Assembly: GCF_009914755.1 (NCBI RefSeq) | Contig: NC_060947.1 | Length of the DNA stretch: 64,000 nucleotides | From: the human T2T-CHM13v2.0 reference genome, Homo sapiens | Strand: one strand, 5' to 3' | In this document: piece after piece, positions 55,246 through 64,000 of the stretch | Position numbering within the stretch: the stretch's first letter is position 1 | Layout of the letters: every line of letters starts with the position of its first letter | The notes under the pieces: model-generated | The model's input: only the letters and a program-made list of their open reading frames with translations | What the model was told of the DNA's origin: nothing | Database searches by the model: none | Program-made: the position numbers and the translations under genes

Positions 55246-55569
55246 GCATCTCCAGAAATAATATATATTGGTGGAGTGAGAATTTTAGATCATAATTCAG
55301 AGGGTGTTGATTCTCCACATAGACGTTTCTTTCCAGATTCCAGGTGCACATGAATTTTGGGGTGAGATCACACAACCCATAACGCCTCTGAGCTGTTTAT
55401 TGTGTAGAGAACACAGCAAAAACATAATCTCATTAATTCCTCAAGCCCCTCACTCTTGGGTTTTTGTTATGTGTAGATCAAACTAGTCCTGATACACAGC
55501 ATATTATGTCTTTTTAAAAAAATCCATTCAATCCTCCTGCCAAAATTTTCTAGTTTGTCTCTCAATGTA

Positions 55570-55776
55570 GCTATCAATCCATCCATACATCTATTCCATC
55601 TATCTCTCCATCTAACTAATCTATCATCTATCTATCCATCATTTATCTGTCTGTCTTTCTGCTAAACTACCTACCTATCTATTATCTAGCTATCTACCTA
55701 TCTTCTGTCTGTCATCTCTCTACCTACCTACCTATCATCTAGTTATCTCCCTATCATTTATCTGTCATCTACCTAC

Positions 55777-55820
<44 letters not shown>

Positions 55821-56285
55821 AATCAATCTATCTATCTATCATCTATCTATATATCATCTCTCTATCTAATCTATCATCTATTATAGCTAGCTAGGAACCA
55901 TCTATCTATTCTATCATCCATGTATCTATATTTGTATCTATCTATCATCTATCTGTCTATCTACCTATCATCTATCTACCTATCTATAATATATCTATTT
56001 ATCTCTATTTTATCTATCATCTAGCTATCTAGCTATCATCTATCTATTCTATCTCTATCGATCTACCTATCACCAATCTATTGTCTATTTATCATCTATC
56101 AATCGATCAATATATCTATCCATCTATATCTATCTATCATCTATCTATCCATCCATCTACCTATCATCTGTCTACTACCTATCATTCATCTATCTATTAT
56201 CTATCATCTGTCATCTATCTACCTATCATCCATCTATTATATATTCATCTATCATCTCTCAATCTATCCATATTTATCTATCTAC

Positions 56286-56333
<48 letters not shown>

Positions 56334-56379
56334 ATCCATTTATCTGTTATCTATCATCTCCTTATCATCCATCTATCTA

Positions 56380-56437
<58 letters not shown>

Positions 56438-56458
56438 ATGTATTAATCTATATCTATC

Positions 56459-56513
<55 letters not shown>

Positions 56514-56586
56514 ATCTATTTATCCATCCATCTACCTACCTATCATTTATCTATCTATCTACCTATTATCTATCTATCTATCTATC
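55570..56586. repeat. ~1-kb (TATC)n field
   Basis: Direct inspection; several pure runs. Confidence 0.97.
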
Positions 56587-56759
56587 TGAGTAGCACCATC
56601 CTAGGAGCTTTTCTAACTGTATCTGTGGGGAAATCACAAAAATCGGAGTGATTTTGTTTTTCTTTCTGCCATAAGAAGTCATCATGTGAAAGTATGCTAG
56701 GGTCATAGACTAGACTTGCACAATTTCATTTTGTCTTCTTTTAATTTTTCCTCTAGAGA

Positions 56760-57305
56760 GCAACCAATAATGCTCTTTACATCAAAAACTTGGCCTTGCC
56801 ATTCCCCACGTCTCATTGTATTTGAAGTTCTAAAGACGGTGAATATGACTGACAATGTCCCATCTAACCTGGCTCCCATGGCAGCTCCCTCCTCCTCTTC
56901 CTTGCTTCCCTAGACTTTCTTGAATTCAGACATATCAGTCTTTAAATTTCTGGGCAAAGCCAAGTTTGTTCCCTCCTTAGGATGTTGGTCTAGAGCCCTT
57001 CACTTCTTTCTTGGGGTTCCCTTGGTGGTGTCTCCCTCTGATGTCTCAGATTCATATAACTTCTGCAGATAAGTTTCCATTATTCCTGTATTCTCTCACC
57101 CTGTATGTTACCTTTAGAGCACTTAGCACAAGATATAGGTATATAATATATATAATAATTTTGTATGTTTTCTCTCCTCTTCTACTGATCCATAGTCTCT
57201 ATGACAGCAGGGACTCTGTTTCTTCATTGGTATTATTCAGTAATTTGTACCGATTCATAGCTCCTAATACAGTTAACCATGTGTATTTGTTGAAGGAATG
57301 CATGT
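56760..57305 (+). mobile_element. L2 3' region
   Basis: ctctatgacagcagggactctgtttc...gtatttgttgaaggaatg. Confidence 0.6.
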
Positions 57306-57683
57306 GCAATCTCTTAACAATCTTCATATGCTTTATGCAAAGAATATGAAGATGCAAAGAATATTCATATTCTTTGACTCATTTCCAATTTTAACAAGAT
57401 CATGTAAGGAAATAACAAACACACATACAAATAGGATGATGTTTTTGCATCTTAAAGAATAATAAAGTTGGTCTGTAAAGGATATTGTACATAATTACTC
57501 ATTCAGCCATTATTTTTATTAGTGAAATGAAAATAAATATGATCACTCACACTATATGTATTTTATCTCATCATTTCAGTAATAAGCAAGTTATTGTATC
57601 TTGGGAGACTCTTGTTTTATAAATTACTAACCGTCTCCTCCTGGGAGCCCTAGTGCTAAAGTTAAGTAAAATAATTATTTTTA

Positions 57684-57983
<300 letters not shown>

Positions 57984-58324
57984 GGTTGAATTGTCTATCC
58001 TTTCTTAAATTAAAAAAAGTAAAGACCTTGATGCTTTTGAAGACATGAATCTTCAGAATTTACTTTTTAATTGATGCTAAATTTCCACACCTCTCAAGTA
58101 CTGTGACTTAAGAAAGAAAAGCACACCTTATAAGACACAGGGACTCACTCTAGCCATCTCTGTTACACAGACTGATTTCAGGGTCCGGCCAAGCAAACCA
58201 CAACTGCCTTCTGTGGAAGCTTACATGATCAATCCAGGGGCATGAATCCTGTTTCTCCAATACCAAGCTTGTCCTGTTTATCCAATGCCGATAGTTTTTT
58301 TTCTTAAAAGCTCACAGCACAGCA

Positions 58325-58480
58325 TTCAAACCGCAGTTCAGGTTCTTCTACTTAGCAAGACATTGAACAACTTAGTGAGTCTCTCTCACCCTCAGTTTCC
58401 TCATCAGTGAGCTGGAAGTAATAGATTCCTCACACAGCCCTGTCAGTGACTATTGTGGTGATGTGGATGAAACCAATGTT
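58325..58480 (+). mobile_element. MIR
   Basis: Core ctctctcaccctcagtttcctcatcagtga. Confidence 0.65.
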
Positions 58481-58924
58481 AAGCCCAACATCTGGGCTAT
58501 ATCAGAGACTCCAGCAGTGCTAGTTTGTCAGTATTATTCTTTTCCTCATCTTTGTCTTTACCTTTCTTTCTTATCTTGCTTCTCATGCTTTTTCTTCTCT
58601 TATTCCTCTTTCTCCTCAATGCTATTTTACTCACTTGGCTTCTCCTTACCATAGAAAATTTCCAGACAACTGGCGAAGTGATAAAAAGCACTCAGTGCAC
58701 TGCAGGACATTTTGTCTCAGTTTCATTGAGTCTTTCTCATTTGTAAACTGGACTGTTAGTGCCCTGAGGAGCTAAATAGTCTATTGGATGCTTTCAGTTC
58801 TCTTGCCTAGAACAGGTTCCACAGAAATTAAAGAACAGTTAAATAATTGGAGGTTTGAACAGGCTAATAGATGAAGGGAAGAGTGCCTACTTGTCTTTCT
58901 TTCAAATAAGAAACCAAGGCTGAA

Positions 58925-58977
58925 TAGGATAGATAGGATAGAAAGACAGGAAGGTAGATAGATAGACAGATACTAGG

Positions 58978-59018
<41 letters not shown>

Positions 59019-59520
59019 TGATTGATAGATGAATGATATGATAAAGAGATAGATATGATAGATTGATAGATGATATATATGATAGATATGTAGAGATGAG
59101 AGATGATAGATAATAGATATGATAGATACGATAGTTAGATGATAGATATGATAGATAAATTGATATGCTAGATAAATAGATGATAGATAATAGATGATTG
59201 ATAGATGATAGATAGATAGATGATGGATACATATAGAAATAGATGATAGATGAAAGATAGACATGGTAGCTATTGAGACAGATAGGTAGTAGATGATAGA
59301 TATATAATAGATGTTGAGATAGACAGATAACAGATAGATGATGGATGGATAGGTAGGTAGAGAGATGATAGATATATGGATAGTTAAACAGATGATGATC
59401 AAGATAGATAATAAGTAGATAATAGAGGTATATAATAGATAGATAGATAGATTGATTGATAGATAAAATGGATAGATAGATAAATAGAGAGAAATAGATA
59501 GATGTGATGGATAGATAAAT
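58925..59520. repeat. ~600-bp (GATA)n field
   Basis: Direct inspection; opposite orientation to 55570-56586. Confidence 0.97.
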
Positions 59521-59524
59521 GGTT

Positions 59525-59598
59525 CAGGATTATCACTGAGGCCAGGAGTTTGACACCAACCTGTACGACATAATGAAACTACATCTCTAAAAAGAAAA
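59525..59598 (+). mobile_element. Alu/FLAM fragment
   Basis: tgaggccaggagtttgacaccaacctg...catctctaaaaa. Confidence 0.75.
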
Positions 59599-61514
59599 TT
59601 TGTCAATCAAGATGGCAATGAGTCCCATCATTTTTATTATTTATCGTGTTTGTTGCTTATATAATAATTGTCTATCATTTTCAATCCATTTTAGCACTGT
59701 GGATCCAAGAACATAGGGCGTGGCATTTTGTAAATGCCTTATAAATCCTTGTTGAATAAATAAAGTATTTCCCACTCTATTTCCTTGAAGTTTCTTAACA
59801 TGTTAAATTTTATACTCATGCACTTATTTGTGAATCACCTCGTGAATGAATTCCTGATTAGTTTGAGATATAAATACTACAATTGAATCAAGTCCTTGGT
59901 ACATCTAGGTAGATATTTTCCTGAGATCAAGCACATGGGCCTCTGCTAATGTTACCCTCAATTTTCCCTAATCCTTTTGACTACCCATTATGAATCTATT
60001 TTAAAAAATCTTTTTTAATCTGGAACTTAATAATCTTTGCATTCTTATCTTCAACCAGTTCTTGGACTAACAATTCTCTGAAGTGTAAATTCCATAGTAT
60101 TTTTATGGATACCAAGTCAGGTCCTTGAAGACTTCAAGGAGCTCTTTGCAGTACTCCTAGCATTTGTTTAGTAAGTTTACTATTTATGGGCTTTGCTGCT
60201 CTTCTCTGGAACCTCAGCCATTGAGGGTGAGGAGTCTCTCTACTGGCTTCAAAGGGGACTTTTATTTCTGGACCAAATCTCAGTGTAGTTTTCCCTAAGG
60301 TAGAAAAAGTAACATTTTGAAAACCAATGCATGTACTCAGAACATCAGGAGGAACTTGGGGGTCCATCTGGAAACTAATTTGTTAATTAGATTAATTAAT
60401 GAGATCAATTAATCCATTAATCAGTTATGCCCCCTTATACATGTATTTGAATTTAAAAATTTCCTATTGCATATGGTAACACAGACTCATGTGCCTACAT
60501 ATACATAACACTTGCACACATGTGTTCCCTACATACATGCACATGCATGCATGCACTCACACACAACAGGTTTGCTTTCGTATTACCTCAGCAAGGCAGA
60601 GACTCTTATGAACGTGATTCTTGTTTCATCACAAGAAAATGCTCTCTTTTTAGGAGGAGGCAGAGATGTGCAGAATAAAGTCTCAATCATCGAGCATTTC
60701 TTCCAGCAAGATGTGGTCATATGGCTAAGTTCTTGCCCAAAAGATGTGCATGTAGTCTGTGTTGTGTCCTGCTTTGAACAGGCAGAACTCACTTCTCCTG
60801 TTCCTTTTTCCCTTCATTCTTTCTGCATAGTGAGCATTGTGATAAGCCCACTTGGACCTACTGGTGAAGGCAACATCCAGGAACAGAAAAACAACAGGGT
60901 CAAAAAACTCTGGGTTCTTCAAATCCCGGAGCCATCACCAACCTGGACTGTTTATGCTGGGACAACTCCATGATGGTGTAATTCACACTCTTTTGACAAA
61001 ATTCTCATATTCACAGCAATGTCATTTTGAATCTGCTACAGGAGCCAGAACCAGATCCTAACTCACTTTCTTAGTCTCTGTTAAAAAAGTAGACTTTATT
61101 GTGAAATCATGTATTAAATTTTAGACTCTTCTAAATTCAATTTTCGTGACCAATTTCCCCTTAGAGAATTTTGTTTTCCCTGAATCTCCTTCCTGCTGCC
61201 TTCTCCTAAAAGCATGTCTTTATCTTGTACTGATTTACAGTACATTTTTTGAAATGCTGTTTGGTTTCTTTGAGAGAAAAAAATCACAACTGCTATTGTT
61301 TCCCCTTTTCTATATGAAGATTGGGAACTTGAAAGTACTTATTGGTATCATATAGATAATGCTTTGTACCTAACAGGAATGTGCAAACTTTTTGCTACTC
61401 CATGGCTTCAAGGTGATTTCCCTTATCTATCCACCTAAGCTATGATATCATTAAGACCCTCCCTAAATACTCAAGATGTCTGCTCTCCACACCCCCCCAC
61501 CCCCTAACAAAAGC

Positions 61515-61746
61515 TACGAATAGATTTACCATACGATCCAGCAATTCCACTGCTGGGTATACCTAGAAAAGAAATGAAATCAATATTGGAGAGATGACTG
61601 CACTCTCATGTATATTACAACACTGTTCATAGTAGTTAAGATATAGAACAACCTAAGAGTCCATCAGTGGATGGATGGATAAAGAAAATGTGCATATCCA
61701 CAACGGAACATTACTCAGCCATGAAAAAGAATGAGATCCTATCATG
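61515..61746 (+). mobile_element. L1 (MA/PB) ORF2-end fragment
   Basis: ccatacgatccagcaattccactgctgggtata...ggataaagaaaatgtg. Confidence 0.88.
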
Positions 61747-62654
61747 TGTTATTTTGTAGTTGTATGGGACAACTACCCATGTTATCCCCAGTTAGAAATA
61801 ATCATACGCTCTTTTTTGTGGCTTCCCTAGAAACTTATCTACAGTTCTAGCACAGGTCTTCAATCTCTCTTACAACATTGGTACATGCTTATGGCTCTAT
61901 TCCATTAATTAAAGCATTCTCAGTGGCATAATTAAGGTTTTACTCATCCTATTAATACCTCTCAAGTGCTTAGCATGGTGCTTATAGCTGGACTTTTACT
62001 TCTGAGCTAGATAGTTTTCCAGGAGCTCTAATCCACCTTCAAGGATTATGAACAAAAGTTCATGTGTATTGTATTTTTCCAGGAAGAACTTGTGGTTTTT
62101 ATGAGATTTTGACAATGTTGCTTGAGATTAAAGAGAGAAAGAGAGAGAGAGAGAGAGAGACATGGACCTTTTCACATAGTAGACATTCAGTAAACATTTG
62201 CTGAATGTGAGTGAATTATAGAGGAAGAAGTGAGGGCATACATGTATTTATGAACAGCTTTAGGGTCTCTCCACAGACTTTGCCCATTTTTTTACTGCAG
62301 CTTCTGCTGAGATGGTTCATCCATGTAGGTTTTTACTCATTTTATGCAGCTGTGCCTTACAGTATCTGACCTTTAACTTCTTACTTCCTTCTAGGAAGAT
62401 TTTCCTCTGAAAGGTAACTCCTGATGAATGAGAGGCAGAGACCAATGGATAAATGGATACCAAATCCTCCATGTATACTGGGAGTAGACAGTTCTGATAT
62501 ATATTTCACAAGATGCCTCAAAACGCCTCATAGATGCTAACACCATTTGACCATTGAGTGGTGAACTCCATCCATAAGGCATCTTTGTGTGTGTGGGGTG
62601 GGGAGAGGTTGCTTTTTTCTTTGAAATAAATACTTTTTGGGTAGTAAATTATCA

Positions 62655-63782
62655 TGTTTTCAATTGATGCAGAATAGTTGTACATGTTTATGGGATACAT
62701 ATGAAATTTTGATACATGCTGATATGGTTTGGCTCTGTGTCCCCACCCAAATCTCATCTTGAATTGAAATCCCAGGTGTTGGGAGAGTGACCTGATGGGA
62801 GATGATTTGATCTGGGGGTGAATTTCCCCCTTGCTGTTCTTGTGATAGTGAGTTCTCACGATATCTGTTTGTTTGATAAGTGTTTGGCACTTTATCCTTC
62901 TCTCTCTCTCTCCTGCCACCTTGTGAAGAAGGTGCCTGCTTCCACTTTGCTTTCCACCATGATTGTAAGTTTCCTGAGGCCTCCCCAGCCATGCAGAACT
63001 GTGAGTCAATTAAATGTCTTCCCTTTATAAATTACCCAGTCTCAGGTAGTATCTTTATAGCAGTGTGAAAATGAACTAATACTCATGCTTTCACTGTGTC
63101 ATGGTTAAATCAGGGTAATTCACATATCCATCATCTGAAACATTTATCTTTTATGTTGAAAACCTTCCAATTCTTCTCTTCTAGTTATTTTAAAATATAC
63201 AATACATTATTAACTATAGTCACCCTACTGTGCTATTGAACACTAGAACTTATTCTTTCTATCTAAGTGCATCTTTGTAGGCATTAGCCAATCTTTCTTC
63301 ATCTGCCTACACAAAAACCCTTCTCATCCTCTGGTACCTGTTATTCTACTCTCTACCTCCATGAGATCCACCTGTTTAGCTCCTACAGCTGAATGAGGTC
63401 ATGCAGTATTTGTCACTCTGTGCCTGGCTTATTTCATGCATGATCTCCAATTCCATCCATGTTGCTGAACATGACAAGATCTCATTTTTTACATGGCTGA
63501 ATAATATTCCATGGTGGATATGCACATTTTCTTTATCTATTCATCCATTGACAGACACTTAGGTGGTTCTATATCTTGACTATTATGGATAGTGTGATAT
63601 ACATGAGAATGCAGTCATCTTTCCAATATTGGCTTCATTTCTTTTGTAGGTATACCCAGCAGTGGAATTGCGGGATTGTGTGATAGCTCTACGTGTAGCT
63701 TTTGGGGGAACCTTTATACTAATAGTGTACTAATTTACATTCCCACCAACTGTGTAGGAGGGTTCCACTTTCTCTTCATCCT
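62655..63782 (-). mobile_element. L1MA 3' end split by THE1
   Basis: gttgtacatgtttatgggatacat...ttaactatagtcaccctactgtgc...ttacattcccaccaac. Confidence 0.9.
62720..63083 (+). mobile_element. THE1D-like solo LTR
   Basis: tgatatggtttggctctgtgtcccc...actaatact; perfect TSD catgc. Confidence 0.93.
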
Positions 63783-64000
63783 TTCGTAAGGCATCTTTGA
63801 ATAGACTTTCATTTTCTCTTTCAGTACCTCTTCTTTCATTGTTTCTTGAAATCGTGTAATTAACCTACTTGCACTAAAGCCAGAATACCTGGGATGCATG
63901 GTTGTAAACATTTCAAAGAACATCTACACAGCCCATAAGTTATATATAATATGCTTATCTGATCTGTTCCTCAGTAGAATATGCAATTGCAAATCACATG

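Noticed and set aside
58864-59606. 234-aa and 122-aa Ile/Tyr/Leu/Ser ORFs
   Set aside because: Translation of (TATC)n
60377-60422. TAAT/ATTA homeobox-like cluster
   Set aside because: Short, AT-rich and unsupported without conservation data
60512-60973. 153-aa ORF
   Set aside because: Non-ATG start in a CA-rich tract, no recognisable domain, and the 3' part resembles a decayed MLT1-type LTR

Overview
This is primate (human-like) non-coding DNA. I can support no protein-coding gene, RNA gene or CRISPR array, and the listed ORFs fall in repeats or look like chance ORFs. Much of the window is recognisable transposon debris: Alu J/S, L1PA/PB/MA/MB, L2, MIR, MaLR LTRs (THE1, MST, MLT1), MER52, MER21, MER4, MER1A, MER20, MER3/33, Tigger2/3 and a half MADE1. 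Several are nested with intact target-site duplications (TSDs). Subfamily names come from recalled consensus sequences and need RepeatMasker confirmation. Three (GATA/TATC)n fields suggest, by inference only, distal Xp22 or a Y homologue. The less ordinary signals are: (1) two arrays of a 29-bp satellite whose unit carries the ETS consensus ACAGGAAGTG; (2) a cluster at about 17-33 kb of locally templated insertions, inversions and AT-rich expansions whose donors lie inside the window; (3) a ~100-bp inverted repeat I cannot assign to a known element; (4) a tiny polyadenylated retrocopy with TSDs; (5) a ~58-bp minisatellite with repeated forkhead cores. All functional readings are hypotheses.
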